A stretch of 64,000 nt of DNA from an uncultured Thermotogaceae bacterium. Its GTDB lineage: Bacteria > Thermotogota > Thermotogae > MWEM01. The notes under the pieces are model-generated. The model was not told the origin of the DNA, did not search any database, and was given only the letters and a program-made list of their open reading frames with translations. Made by a program: the position numbers and the translations under genes. Of the stretch, positions 48,801 through 60,100 are shown in pieces. The DNA lies in contig CAZOJQ010000008.1 of the NCBI GenBank assembly GCA_964580185.1, positions 2,426 to 66,425 on the forward strand, in the 5' to 3' direction. Positions within the stretch are counted from its first letter, which is position 1; every line of letters begins with the position of its first letter.

Positions 48801-50033
48801 TCAATCCTTCGAGAGAAGGATGCTGGCATTGTGACCACCAAAACCCAGAGAATTTTTTAAGACATAGCGAATCGGTTTTTCTACCGACTGGGTTGGAATC
48901 CAAAACCCTTCCGATTGTGGGTCCGGGTTGCATAGATTCGGGGTTCCGTGAATAAACCCTCTTTGGGATTGCAAAATACAAGCAATGAGTTCATTCGCGC
49001 CGGCAGCTCCCAGTCCATGGCCAATCATGGCTTTTGTCGATTGCAGAGCAGGTCTCCGGTTTGCTTGACCATATAGGGTTTGTAACGCGATCAGTTCTGA
49101 TTTGTCTCCTCTTGGGGTACTGGTGGCGTGGCAATTCACCAGATCAACCTCTTCTTTTTGAATGGATGCCATGGAAATGGCATGGTCCATTGCTCTCGCT
49201 ACCGTCTCTCCACCGGGTTCGATCGCGCTGAAGTCATAGGCGTCACCGCTCATTCCAAATCCGTCAATAAACCCATAGATCTGGGCGTTTCGTTTCATGG
49301 CGTGAGAATGGTCCTCAAGCACCAATGCCCCCGCACCTTCACCCATGACAAACCCATCCCGTTCCCGATCGAATGGCCGAGAGGCGTGTTCCGGGTCTTC
49401 GTTGTTCCGGGAAAGAGCCATCATATTGGCAAATGCAGCGATAGGCAAAGGAGAAATGACCGCTTCCGCTCCCCCACAAATCCCGACTTGGATGTACTCA
49501 TGCCGAATCATCATGGCGGTTAGGATAATGGAGTGCAATGATGTCGCGCACGCGCTGATTGTCGCAAAGTTTGGACCTTGCAATCCAAATTCCATGGCCA
49601 CCGCGCCTGCTGACATATCGGGGATCATCATAGGGATTAAAAAAGGAGAGGTGTATCGGGAACCGTATTTCTGGAACGATTCAAATTCCGCCATCAGCGT
49701 ATGGATTCCACCGATCCCAGATGAGACTGTAACTGCAGCATGGGTCTTCCAACTCCCTAGCATATCGAGGCCGGAATCCTCAAGCGCCATTTTGGATGCA
49801 GCAATGGCATATTTGATCACTGGATCATACCGTTTGGCTTTCTTCTTTTCCATATAATCCGTTGCTTCAAACCCTTTTACTTCTGCCGCAATCTGAACGA
49901 TCTCATTGGTTGGATTGTATTTGGTGATTCGTTGAATGCCAACACGCAATTCTTTCAAAGCCGTTTCATATTCCTGAAGGGTCAAAGCAATCGGATTGAT
50001 CGTTCCGAGACCCGTAATGGCAACCCTGCCCAA
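48801..50033 (-). CDS. fabF: 3-oxoacyl-ACP synthase II
   Basis: KAS active-site Cys region (ATISACATSLHSI), plus an HGTP motif and a GHG motif. 410 aa. Confidence 0.85.
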   Translation of the reverse strand: MGRVAITGLGTINPIALTLQEYETALKELRVGIQRITKYNPTNEIVQIAAEVKGFEATDYMEKKKAKRYDPVIKYAIAASKMALEDSGLDMLGSWKTHAAVTVSSGIGGIHTLMAEFESFQKYGSRYTSPFLIPMMIPDMSAGAVAMEFGLQGPNFATISACATSLHSIILTAMMIRHEYIQVGICGGAEAVISPLPIAAFANMMALSRNNEDPEHASRPFDRERDGFVMGEGAGALVLEDHSHAMKRNAQIYGFIDGFGMSGDAYDFSAIEPGGETVARAMDHAISMASIQKEEVDLVNCHATSTPRGDKSELIALQTLYGQANRRPALQSTKAMIGHGLGAAGANELIACILQSQRGFIHGTPNLCNPDPQSEGFWIPTQSVEKPIRYVLKNSLGFGGHNASILLSKD

Positions 50034-50178
50034 TGGGATTCACCTCCAATCTCCTGGGCCCTCAATGGTTTTTGGAACACCCTGGGGTCTTTTGATTATA
50101 TCATGGTTTTGGGAAAAAGGACTTTGTCTGTTTCAACAATCGAAAGCAGAGCCCATCGTACACTCGCCGTTGATCCGA

Positions 50179-51546
50179 TCAATCTCTTGTTTGTGGTTTG
50201 TTGGACAAAGCTTTTTCAAGGGCATCACCCAAAACCTGCAATGAAAAGCATTTTTTTCCGATCGTGAAGTTTGTCGAAACCCACTCTTGAACCGAGGCGG
50301 GATTATGGAGCAAGTCTGAAAGAGTTTGTATGGCCCGTTGCATGTCTGGTTTCGGCACGGTATGGATGTTGGTTTGGATGATTTGCGCGGATGAACCCAA
50401 GGAAACGATTCGGATCCCTTTTGGGCCGATATCGGTTTGGAAGACAGGGTATTCGTATCCGAGGATGAGTTTTTGAGCAAAAATGGCTTCCAACAGTTGA
50501 TTTCCCCACCCTTCTTGAATGCTCGGATAGGTTATGATATCTGCCATTGTGTACATATCCCACAACGAATATCGAACAGGGTTTGCGCTTCTCGTTTGAC
50601 CCACAAGATCCCCACAAAAATGGGTTGGATAGGAGTGATTCGTTGCCTTTTTCTGTAGAAATGCCAGATAATCCTGGTCTTGCTGCTCCGCATATCCACA
50701 AAGTACGAAATGGATCCGAGAATCCTTTTGAAGGGTTGGGCCACCTGCAAAAATCGGTTGCCCTGAGGAGCGGTCAAGAGTAGCAAAAACTTTGCGGAAG
50801 TCTTCGATAAAGTCGAAGGCCATTTCGATGCCTTTTCTGGGAAGGATCCGGGTTGCTTGCAAAAAAACCAGATCATCCGGAGCAATCCCTAGACGGGGCC
50901 GTATGGTTTCGGAAAACCCATCTCGTTTCCACACAGGAGCCTGAAAATCCATGACATTCGGGAGCACATAGCTTGGAATCCCTTTTCGGGTTTTTAGTTG
51001 ATTCTGGGCAATTTGGTTGATCACGAAATGGGAAAAGTTGGGGCCGGAAGGGGGTAGGTACTGTTCCATGATCTTTCGAATAAAGGGTGTAGTTGGTTGC
51101 TCGTACTGAGAGCGTTCCCAAAAGAAGTCATGATTGTGGCCGATTCCCTGAATCCCGGTGTCTTTAATGGCTTCCGCAACACCTACGGCAGCAGGCAGGT
51201 TCCACCCCAAAGCCCATATGTTGTGAATGATCAGACCATCCAATTGCTCCTGTTGAATGAGGGTTGTTAATTCGTTTTGAATCAATTTGGCTTTCTTAAG
51301 AATCTTCCGTTCCAACTCATCGGGAGATAAGCGACCCAAATCCACAAACGAGGCGTGAAAGGTATCTAGGTTCTCAGGATCGTTCATTGCGATTCCGTCC
51401 AATGTGGATGATTCTACGTCCTTGGTTTCTCCGGAAATACGGATGACTGAAAACCCTTTCTGAGTCAGTACCTGAATCTGTTTTTCGATTTCTAAAGAAA
51501 CTCCATCTGTTTCGCCGACACGATAGTGCATGATTCCAATTTTCAT
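50179..51546 (-). CDS. Glycosyltransferase (GT-B fold; possible compatible-solute glycoside synthase type)
   Basis: ~455 aa with GT-B C-terminal pattern. Start set at MKIGIMHY, abutting the nhaC stop. Confidence 0.45.
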   Translation of the reverse strand: MKIGIMHYRVGETDGVSLEIEKQIQVLTQKGFSVIRISGETKDVESSTLDGIAMNDPENLDTFHASFVDLGRLSPDELERKILKKAKLIQNELTTLIQQEQLDGLIIHNIWALGWNLPAAVGVAEAIKDTGIQGIGHNHDFFWERSQYEQPTTPFIRKIMEQYLPPSGPNFSHFVINQIAQNQLKTRKGIPSYVLPNVMDFQAPVWKRDGFSETIRPRLGIAPDDLVFLQATRILPRKGIEMAFDFIEDFRKVFATLDRSSGQPIFAGGPTLQKDSRIHFVLCGYAEQQDQDYLAFLQKKATNHSYPTHFCGDLVGQTRSANPVRYSLWDMYTMADIITYPSIQEGWGNQLLEAIFAQKLILGYEYPVFQTDIGPKGIRIVSLGSSAQIIQTNIHTVPKPDMQRAIQTLSDLLHNPASVQEWVSTNFTIGKKCFSLQVLGDALEKALSNKPQTRD

Positions 51547-52901
51547 GGCATTCCTCCTCTTCGAAGATGAATCAGCTCTTCTCCCCACCGAAATAGAGGA
51601 ACCAGGTATAGGAAGAAGGCAAATGGGATAAACCGGGCGTCATATCCGAGCATTTGCGCCGGGATGGCGCCTGCTACATTCCAGGGAATCATGACAGAAA
51701 GAAGAACAGAAGTGTCTTCTAAATCCAAAGCCAGTTCCCGAGCGGTTGCATTCAGTTTTTTATACGGGGTATGCAGAAAGTGATGGGTCATGATGATGCT
51801 TAGTGTTTGGGTGCATCCCAATGATGCAGTGAGTAGGCTTGTAACCATCGCAGAAAAGAAGCGTCCCATCTTTTGACTGAGCCGTTCCATTTTGTGAGTA
51901 AAAGCTTGAGCCATGCCAGTTTTTCCGAAAAGGCCGGCAAAAGCAGATGAGACAATTACCACCATGATCGGTTTTGCCATAAACTGGATTCCTCCCCCTT
52001 GAAAAATGGAACTCAAAGGGTCGTCTTTCGGAAGGGAAAAGCCCATAATCAGGGTTCGGAGGGATTGATCGAGAGAAAGCCCTTGATCGATCGTTGCCAC
52101 GATCATCGCGCTCAGGGCGCTCAAGGCCATCGCCCACTTGACTTGGATCCTTAGTGAAACGAAAAAAACCAGGATGCATATCGGTAAAAAATTCCACAAA
52201 GAGAGTTGAAAGGATTCGGGGATCTGCAGCAAAAGAAAGGTTTGGTCTGTATCGGTTTTCAACGGTTGGATCAGTGAAAGGAGGATATACAGCCCGCAGC
52301 TGGCGAAAAAGGGAAGCCACATGGTTCGACTCATGGAACGAACATTCTGGTAAATGTTCGTTTGGGTCACAATCGCAACCAAGTGAGCGCTTGAAGACAT
52401 CGGAGAAATCCGATCACCCACATAAGCCCCGCCAATGCATGCGCCAACAACAAAAGCCGGTTCAACTTGGCTCATCCGGGCTATGATGACCAAAACCGTA
52501 CCCATCGTACCGATTGTGCCGAACGATGTTCCCATAAGCAGGGAAACAAGGGCGCACAAGAGAAAGCAGAAGAGGAGGAACATTTGGGGGATCATGATTC
52601 GAATGCCATAATAGACTAGGCCGGCCATGGTTCCGGAAGCAAACCAAAATCCGATCAGAATGCCGATAAAAAAGAAGATCTGCAGGAGGGGGAGTACTTT
52701 CCATGCTCCAGCAAAAGCCATCTTCCAAACTTCTTTTGCTGGCCATCCCTTTCGAACTGCAATCCATCCAAAAAGAAACAACCCAATCAGGAGCGGGTAT
52801 AGAATAAATATGCCAAGTAAGGAACTGATGAGAACGAGGAGGAAAACAAGAATCAGGGTTATCAGAACCAACGGGCGTTCTTCCTTTTCGTTTGAAGCCA
52901 A
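51543..52901 (-). CDS. nhaC: Na+/H+ antiporter NhaC family
   Basis: 452-aa, ~12-TM protein with NhaC-type sequence character. Confidence 0.55.
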   Translation of the reverse strand: MASNEKEERPLVLITLILVFLLVLISSLLGIFILYPLLIGLFLFGWIAVRKGWPAKEVWKMAFAGAWKVLPLLQIFFFIGILIGFWFASGTMAGLVYYGIRIMIPQMFLLFCFLLCALVSLLMGTSFGTIGTMGTVLVIIARMSQVEPAFVVGACIGGAYVGDRISPMSSSAHLVAIVTQTNIYQNVRSMSRTMWLPFFASCGLYILLSLIQPLKTDTDQTFLLLQIPESFQLSLWNFLPICILVFFVSLRIQVKWAMALSALSAMIVATIDQGLSLDQSLRTLIMGFSLPKDDPLSSIFQGGGIQFMAKPIMVVIVSSAFAGLFGKTGMAQAFTHKMERLSQKMGRFFSAMVTSLLTASLGCTQTLSIIMTHHFLHTPYKKLNATARELALDLEDTSVLLSVMIPWNVAGAIPAQMLGYDARFIPFAFFLYLVPLFRWGEELIHLRRGGMP

Positions 52902-52904
52902 AGG

Positions 52905-53597
52905 TTACAAGAACATGCTTGGATAAACATGGTAAATGTCCTTTTCGATTTCTAAGACCTCATCCAAAGACCATTCGGACTCTCCGGTTTTCTTGTCGAT
53001 ATCCCAGCTGCCGATGATGGTTGATGGGGGAGAAGAAAGAAACACAATCCTTTGAGAAAAGACAATTGCCTCGCGAAGCTGGTGCGTGACCAGTATAGAG
53101 GCATTATCTTTGGAAACCCAATCGGTCAGAATAAGCTTGATCAATCGATTCCGGCTCTTCACGTCGAGGTTTTGGAACGGTTCATCCAAAAGAAGACATT
53201 GGGGATGGTACAAGAGCGCGCGGGCAATATTGACTCTTTGTTTCATACCGCCGCTTAAAAAAGCGGGTGGCCGTTCTCCTTCCCGTTCCAGACCGACTTT
53301 TTGGAGCATAGTAGTGATATCGGGGTCTTCAGCCCCAACCAAGGCCAAGTTTTTCCGAACGGTTTTCCATGGAATGAGTCGATCGTCCTGGAACACAAAA
53401 CCGAGGCGGTTGCATCTTCGTTCCACGGATCCACAGTCAGGAAGCAATAATCCCGCAATCAGTCGAAGCAAAGTAGACTTGCCACACCCTGAGGGCCCTA
53501 CCAAAGCGATATGATCTCCCTTACGAAGGGATAGACTGATATTCCGGATCACCTTTTTTTCTCGAAAGTCTTTACACACTTCTCGAATGTCAATCAT
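52905..53597 (-). CDS. ABC transporter ATP-binding protein (NitT/TauT family, SsuB/TauB-like)
   Basis: Walker A GPSGCGKST, signature LSGGMKQR and Walker B LLLDEPF. Start at MIDIREV, overlapping the permease stop by 1 nt. Confidence 0.8.
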   Translation of the reverse strand: MIDIREVCKDFREKKVIRNISLSLRKGDHIALVGPSGCGKSTLLRLIAGLLLPDCGSVERRCNRLGFVFQDDRLIPWKTVRKNLALVGAEDPDITTMLQKVGLEREGERPPAFLSGGMKQRVNIARALLYHPQCLLLDEPFQNLDVKSRNRLIKLILTDWVSKDNASILVTHQLREAIVFSQRIVFLSSPPSTIIGSWDIDKKTGESEWSLDEVLEIEKDIYHVYPSMFL

Positions 53598-54388
53598 TAT
53601 TTTGTATCTCCATAGGTGTTTTTGTTCAGTTTCCACCGCCGAAACCACGGGAGAGAAGATAACCCGATCAAAAAGTACTCAAATGCGATTCCGCAAGCGA
53701 CAGCAAGGAGAGTATAAGCAAGAACCCGATCCGTTTCCAGGTAGGTTTTATGCCATGCGATTCGGAGTCCAATCCCACTGTCTCCAATGAGAAACTCAGC
53801 GGCGATCGTGGCTTTCCACATAGTACCCAAAGATACTTGGATGGAAGAAAAGAGGAACGGAAACATAGATCCAAGATATATCTGAGTAAGGCGATTCCAC
53901 AGAGAAACTCGAAAGACATGAGCCATCTCGAGAAGTCCGCGGTTAACCGATCGAACTCCAGACGCGACGTTGTAAATGATCAAGGGCAAGAGCGTGACGA
54001 CTACAATAAATAAAGGAGACTGCCACCCCATTCCCCACAATACCAAAACGCTGGTTAGCCAAGAAACGATTGGCATCGCGCGGAGGATCATCAAAAAGGG
54101 CTGAAAAAAGGGATCGAGAAACGGGAAAAGACCGATTACAAACCCAATCGGGATTCCAAGCCCTAAAGAGATGATCATCCCCAAAAAACCCTTACCGAAC
54201 GTAGAGAGAAGCGCGTTCCATATTTGCGGGGATTGAAAGAGGGAGAAAAGAGTCCGGATAACCTGAACAGGCGAAGGAATTATGAGAGAAGACCCAATCC
54301 AGATCGAAAGCAATTCCCAAACAACCCCTAGCAATAGGATGCTGAGCGTGAATAGGAACAGACGGTTTCGAATGACTCGTTTGAACAA
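53597..54388 (-). CDS. ABC transporter permease (NitT/TauT family, SsuC-like)
   Basis: Six TM helices and an EAA-like loop. 263 aa. Confidence 0.7.
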   Translation of the reverse strand: MFKRVIRNRLFLFTLSILLLGVVWELLSIWIGSSLIIPSPVQVIRTLFSLFQSPQIWNALLSTFGKGFLGMIISLGLGIPIGFVIGLFPFLDPFFQPFLMILRAMPIVSWLTSVLVLWGMGWQSPLFIVVVTLLPLIIYNVASGVRSVNRGLLEMAHVFRVSLWNRLTQIYLGSMFPFLFSSIQVSLGTMWKATIAAEFLIGDSGIGLRIAWHKTYLETDRVLAYTLLAVACGIAFEYFLIGLSSLPWFRRWKLNKNTYGDTK

Positions 54389-54420
54389 AAGAGTAATCCT
54401 CCCTCGGTTTTTTCCCGTAT

Positions 54421-54456
54421 GAAAAAAGGAAGCATGGTTCAGTTGCCCATGCTTCC
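54421..54456 (-). terminator. Rho-independent terminator downstream of the hydrogenase gene
   Basis: 10-bp perfect stem GGAAGCATGG/CCATGCTTCC with a 9-nt loop, followed on the minus strand by TTTTTTC. Confidence 0.7.
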
Positions 54457-54484
54457 TATCGATGATCTCGTTTGGAGCAAACCC

Positions 54485-56244
54485 TTATTCGTGGATCGCT
54501 TTTTCAAGAGCTGCTTTTTGGCTTCGATCGGAGTAATGGGTGTGTAGCAAATCATGGGCGAGGTGGCTCAAGGGTTTGTCGAAAAAGTCTTCATAGATCT
54601 TTTGGATGGATGGGTTTTCATGAGATCTCCTTAGTGTCATCCGTTCGTCGATTGAGTATACGGAAGCCATTCGTTTTTGAAGGATCTTCCCATCCAAACT
54701 ATACGGTTGTCCGCCGCCGCCAATACAACCTCCTTGGCAAGCCATGACCTCCACAAAGTGATAAAAGACTTCTCCTTTATGGATTTTCCCAACCAGCTCC
54801 TGGGCCTTTGTCATCGAATGTGTCACTGCGACTTTGACTTCAATCCCATTGAGATCCACAGAGGCAGCTTTGATGCCTTCCAATCCGCGGACTGGTTCGA
54901 AATTCAGGGTAGGCAAGGGTTTACCCGTTTTCAATTCATACGCTGTACGCAATGCCGCTTCCATAACTCCCCCAGTTACACCGAAAATCACTGCGGCTCC
55001 GGTTGATTCACCCAAAGGATTGTCGTAGGCTTCATCCGGGAGCGTTGCGTAGGGGATTTTCTTGATTCGGATCAATCGGCCAAGCTCTCGGGTAGTCAGG
55101 ACGGCATCAACGTCTCGAATGCCATCTCTCGAATGTTGCGGCCGTTCAGCTTCATCTTTCTTCGCGGTGCAAGGCATAATTGATACACTATAGATTTGCG
55201 ATGGGTCAACATTGAGTTTTTTCGCGAAGTATGTCTTAATCACCGCACCCAACATCTGCTGAGGGGATTTGGCGGTTGATAAATTCTCCGTGTACTCCGG
55301 ATAGTACTTTTCGACAAAATTGACCCAGCCTGGGCAACAAGAGGTAAACATCGGAAATGGACCGCCTTCCTCTACTCGTTGGAGGAGTTCGCTGCCTTCT
55401 TCCATGATGGTTAAATCTGCGGAAAAATCTGTGTCAAACACATAATCAAAGCCCAACTGCTTGAGGGCGGCAACCATCTTCCCCGTGGAAACACTGCCTG
55501 AATCCATACCGAACTCCTCTCCCACTGCCACCCTTGTAGACGGGGCAGTTTGGGCGACGAGGATCTTCTCTTTCTTTTCCAAGGCATTCAGAACTTCATG
55601 CACTGCGGATTTCTCGATGATGGCTCCAGTGGGACAAAAAGCGGAACACTGACCGCAGTTGATGCAGTCTGTATTGGCAAGCGGTTGATCAAAAGCGGTT
55701 AATGGTAACGAATCAAAACCCCGATGAGCGATTCCGTAAATATTTAAGCCCTGAATGTCAGAGCAAGCCCGGACACATCGGGAGCAGAGAACGCATTTGT
55801 TCAGATCTCGGATCAGTGAAGGAGAGCTCTCATCCATTGCGGATAATTCGGAGTGAAAATCCGCAAAGGTATCCGGGACATCATATCGATAGATCAAGTC
55901 TTGAAATTCACATCGATTATTGGATTCACATGTCATGCAGGTATTGGGATGGCGAGCCAGCAAAAGGCTTAAGTTCGTTTGGATCGCAGAGGCTACTCGA
56001 TCTGTTTTGGTCTTAACCACCATACCTTCGCTCACGATGGTTGTACAGGCGGTTTGAAGGTTTCGCATGCCTTCCACTTCGATCGCGCAAACCCTGCATC
56101 CCCCTGTTGACGGAAGCCGTGGATGATTGCACAGAGTAGGCACATACACATTATTCTGTTGACATGCCTCTAAGAGAGTCGATCCGGCAGGAACTTGCAC
56201 CTCTTTCCCATTCAATTGGATGGTGATTAAGGACATTGAATTCC
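54485..56244 (-). CDS. hydA: Monomeric [FeFe]-hydrogenase catalytic subunit HydA (N-terminal 2Fe-2S, accessory 4Fe-4S clusters and H-cluster)
   Basis: H-cluster motifs L1 TSCCPGW, L2 MPCTAKK and L3 MACQGGCIGGGGQP. N-terminal [2Fe-2S] and two CxxCxxCxxxCP ferredoxin motifs. Start placed at MSLITIQ after a GAAGGAGGG RBS; the longer ORF-track start would run into the tRNA. Confidence 0.85.
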
Positions 56245-56311
56245 CTCCTTCATAAGGATAGTAATCAATCTGGAAAAACCTTGTTCGAGGTTGGAATGAG
56301 CTGATGACGAT

Positions 56312-56399
56312 TGGCGGAGGCGGTGGGACTCGAACCCACACGGGGGGTTACCCCACCGATTTTCAAGACCGGCTCCTTAGCCAATTCGGTCACGCCTCC
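56312..56399 (-). tRNA. tRNA-Ser (anticodon TGA), 88 nt type II with long variable arm, CCA encoded
   Basis: Acceptor stem GGAGGCG/CGCCTCC, anticodon loop CTTGAAA (identical to E. coli tRNA-Ser UGA), variable arm GGGGTAACCCC, T-arm GTGGGTTCGAGTCCCAC. Confidence 0.85.
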
Positions 56400-56407
56400 C
56401 CAGTGAA

Positions 56408-56818
56408 TCATCTTCCTCTTTTTCCCGTCTTCTTCTGACGAGCTCTTCGAAACTCCGAAATCTTCTTCTCGGAGTCTTTCATGAATTTGGAGAGCTTCTT
56501 TTCAAAATCTGTATCGTCACTCTCGGATTCCGATTTCTGATGGGCACTCGCACTCTTTCTGTGAACGGTTACAGGTTGAACGGTAGAATCATCCAAGCCT
56601 TTCAGCGTCAAATCGACCTTTCCGTCTTTCGTAATGCCTAAAACCTTTGCTTTGATCGGTTGTCCAACCTTCAAATAGTCGTCAACATTTTTCACGTACT
56701 CACTGGCAATATTCGAAATATGGATCAGACCCTTTTCTCCAGACTCAAGGTCTACAAACGCGCCGAATCGGCGAATTCCTGAGATTTTTCCTTCAACAAT
56801 GCTTCCCTTTTCAGACAT
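56408..56818 (-). CDS. S1 RNA-binding domain protein (YabR/GSP13-like)
   Basis: Single S1 domain (VEGKISGIRRFGAFVDL...GLIHIS) with a basic C-terminal tail. Confidence 0.7.
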   Translation of the reverse strand: MSEKGSIVEGKISGIRRFGAFVDLESGEKGLIHISNIASEYVKNVDDYLKVGQPIKAKVLGITKDGKVDLTLKGLDDSTVQPVTVHRKSASAHQKSESESDDTDFEKKLSKFMKDSEKKISEFRRARQKKTGKRGR

Positions 56819-56875
56819 GCTTTACCTTCTGAAGACCAGAAGTGCCTCCTTCCGTAAGATCAAAAGCTCTCACCA

Positions 56876-57091
56876 TCAATACTTGTTGCCGTATTTTTTT
56901 CGGAATTTGTCGATTCGCCCTTCCGTATCGATGATGAGCGAATCACCTTTCCCTTGGAAAAAGGGATGACAGGATGAACAGACATCAAGTTTCATCTCAT
57001 CGGAAATGGACCATACTTCATACTCCGCTCCACACGCACATCTGGCTTGAATCTTTTTCAAAACAGGATGGATTTTTGTCTTCAACAACAC
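56876..57091 (-). CDS. rpmE: 50S ribosomal protein L31
   Basis: ~70 aa with zinc-ribbon cysteines CxC...C..C and the KIHP motif. Confidence 0.7.
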   Translation of the reverse strand: MLLKTKIHPVLKKIQARCACGAEYEVWSISDEMKLDVCSSCHPFFQGKGDSLIIDTEGRIDKFRKKYGNKY

Positions 57092-57161
57092 TCACCTCTC
57101 ATAAAATGTCCTGTGTATTATATCATATCCGCACCTGTGGTGCAAGATCGAATCCTACGGT

Positions 57162-60100
57162 TTAGATCGCGGTCTTCTTCTGTCCGAAAACAGACTCTTC
57201 ATATTCAATAGCAGTATACCAATCCATACCAGTACCAGCAGGCACAATCTGTCCGATAATCACGTTTTCCTTAAGCCCTTTCAGCTCGTCGATGCTTCCG
57301 CGAAGCGCGCTCTCCGTAAGCACTTGGGCAGTCTGCTGGAATGAAGCGGCGCTCAACCAACCAATTCGTTCCAAAGAGGCTTTTGTGATTCTCAATAGCT
57401 TCCGCCGATACTTCACCGGTTCTTTCGCAAGGATCTGAATGGTTTTGGTTTTGGGTTCAGGATTGAGTTCGGAGGCGTGTTCTTCAACAATCTCCACTTC
57501 TTTGACTCCCGCTCGAACCAGCTTTTGGAGCAAGGACTCAGTAACGGTTTCCCCATCTTTGGCGAGCTCCACAAGCTCTTTGTCTTCCCGAGTAAGCACA
57601 TGACGGGCCAATTCTTTGCCCAGAACCCGTTTCCGGTTTTCGTTGACTTTGGCGTTGTTTTTCAAAAGGGTTTCGTTGGCTTTTCGCACTTCTTGAATCA
57701 TAACCAAATCGCCCACAAGGAAATCGGTGTCACCGGGATCAATCACTTCAACTTTGCTCAGCATCTGTTTGATAATGAGTTCGATGTGTTTGTTGTGGAT
57801 TTCTACGCCTTGTTCCGAGTATACCCGTTTGATTTCTCGAAGGAGATAGGTGAAGGTCGCATCCACATCGAGTTCCTGCATAAGCTCTCTCGGGCGCAAA
57901 GCGCCGGTGGAAAGCGCGGATCCTGGAAGGACTTTGTCTCCGACAAGGTTGCGTGTTTTCAGATTGGACGCAAGCTCATACTCCGAGATTCTTCCTTCAT
58001 AATCTTCCAGGTAGATCTTGGTTTTCCCGGTTTCATCCTGTTTGATGTCCTTCACAAATCCACGGACTTTGCTGAAAATGGCAGGGTTTTCTTTTAGTTT
58101 CTTTCTGGCTTCGAACAACTCTTCGGCTCTGGGCAATCCTTGGGTAATGTCTGCTGCAGAAGCGATTCCGCCTGTATGAAAGGTTCTCATCGTCAACTGC
58201 GTACCGGGTTCACCGATCGATTGGGCCGCGATAATCCCCACAGCTTCGCCCACAGACACAATCCGGTGATTCGAAAGATCCATTCCATAACACTTAGCGC
58301 ACACTCCATCTTCGGCTTCGCAATCAAAGACCGTCCGGATCTTTATGGTCGGTCTGACTTCCACTTCTGAGACCTCTTCTTCGGCAAGCAAACGAGCCGT
58401 CGCTGGATCGATCTTTTCCTCTTCCAACAACAAAACGCGTTTTCCGTCTTGGGACCGAATCTTCTGTTTGGAGTAGTTGCCCACCACCGGGAATTCCAAT
58501 ACACTCACTTCCGATATCCCATGATTGTTGCACTCCTGCATCATATGCCAGTTCACAGGTGTTCCTGCTTGAAACAAGAGCATACCGTTGGATGCGAAGA
58601 TATCCTCTTTCAACTCAATGTATGAATGATTGTCTTTTCTCATGTCTTGATACCGCAGAGAATACTCCCTCATGACATCGACTTTTTGAGAGAAGGTCGC
58701 CAGGAACCGAGCGTCATTGTCGTACAGCATGACATCCCGATCATACGATCTCGAAGGATCCTGATCATTCCGAAGCACCTCGCCGGTCCGCGGGTGGATC
58801 ACCGCTTCGCCCAGCACTCGACCGAAGATGTTCTTTTCCAGATTTTCGATCTCCATATCTTCATCGCGAAGAGCGGTCGCTTCGACTCCGTGGTGGGTAC
58901 CGCAATCTGCTTTCAAAACGACAATCCCTTGGGAGACATCGACCAGACGGCGCGTCAGATATCCGGCATTTGCCGTACGCAATGCGGTGTCTGCGGATCC
59001 TTTTCTCCCTCCGTGGGTGGACATGAAGAACTCCATAACGCTAAGGCCTTCCCGGAAGTTCGCGCGGATCGGAAGTTCGATAATATCACCCGCGGGTCCA
59101 ACCATAAGGCCGCGCATTCCGGCTAGCTGTTTGATCTGGTCGATATTTCCTCGCGCGCCCGAAGCCACCATCATATACAAGGGGTTGAACAGGTCCTTAC
59201 CCAGATAGTCATAGGTTTCCTTCTGAATCAATTCAGTCGTCTTATCCCAGATCTTGATGATCTCTCTTTTTCGTTCCAGAGTGGTCAAAAACCCTTTTCT
59301 GTAGTAGGCTTCAATCTCTTTGATCTTTTTCTCCGCTTGACGAATGAAGTCTTTTTTCTTGGGCGAGATCACCACATCCACGACCGAAATTGTCAGCCCG
59401 GCTTGAGTTGCATAATGGAACCCAAGGTCTTTGATATCGTCTAACAATTCTGCGGTGCGGTCGATGCCGTACTTTTTGAAGATCTCATAGATCAGTTCTT
59501 TGATCTGCTTTTTCCCGAAGGTCTTCTGATAATCTTGAAAATCGGTCGGGATGATCTCGTTCCAAATCGCGCGGCCTAGAGTGGTCTTGATTCGCCAAGG
59601 TGTTCCTCCGCGGCCCCCTTCGATATCCATAAGGACAGGGGTATGGAGGTTCAACGGTTTTTCGGACTGGTTGATCTTCGCAAACTCCAGCGCCAGCAGT
59701 CCTTCTTCCAAGGAGCTGAATCGATGGGGAATCTCTTCTTCGGGGATTTGATCAAAGTCTTTTCGGGCCAGTGTCAGATAGTAAATCCCAACGATGATTT
59801 CCTTGTCGGGTCTTGACAATGGTTGTCCATCCGCAGGAGAAATGATGTTGTACCGGGAGAGCATCAGCAGTTTGACTTCTGCTTGGGCTTTCGCGGACAA
59901 AGGTACATGCACCGCCATCTGGTCTCCGTCGAAGTCGGCGTTGAATGGCGGACATACCAACGGATGAAGACGGATGGCATTTCCTTCCACCAAACGGGGC
60001 ATGAAAGATTGGATCGAGATCCGATGGAGCGTAGGCGCTCGGTTCAGCATGATCGGATGCTCTTTGATGACGTCTTCCAACACTTCCCATGCTTGGGGCA

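Noticed and set aside
56312-56399. tRNA-Ser as an integration site of a genomic island carrying hydA and the ABC importer
   Set aside because: No integrase, transposase, or visible direct repeat of the tRNA 3' end was found downstream. It is kept only as a low-weight possibility under the findings.
57477-58097. Long antisense ORFs inside rpoC, rpoB and aspS (for example 57477-58097, 61854-62393, 63049-63546, 26411-27151, 27033-27752)
   Set aside because: They lie wholly opposite to highly conserved genes with clear motifs, have no RBS, and their products are low-complexity or Ser/Arg-rich. These are typical spurious reverse-frame ORFs.
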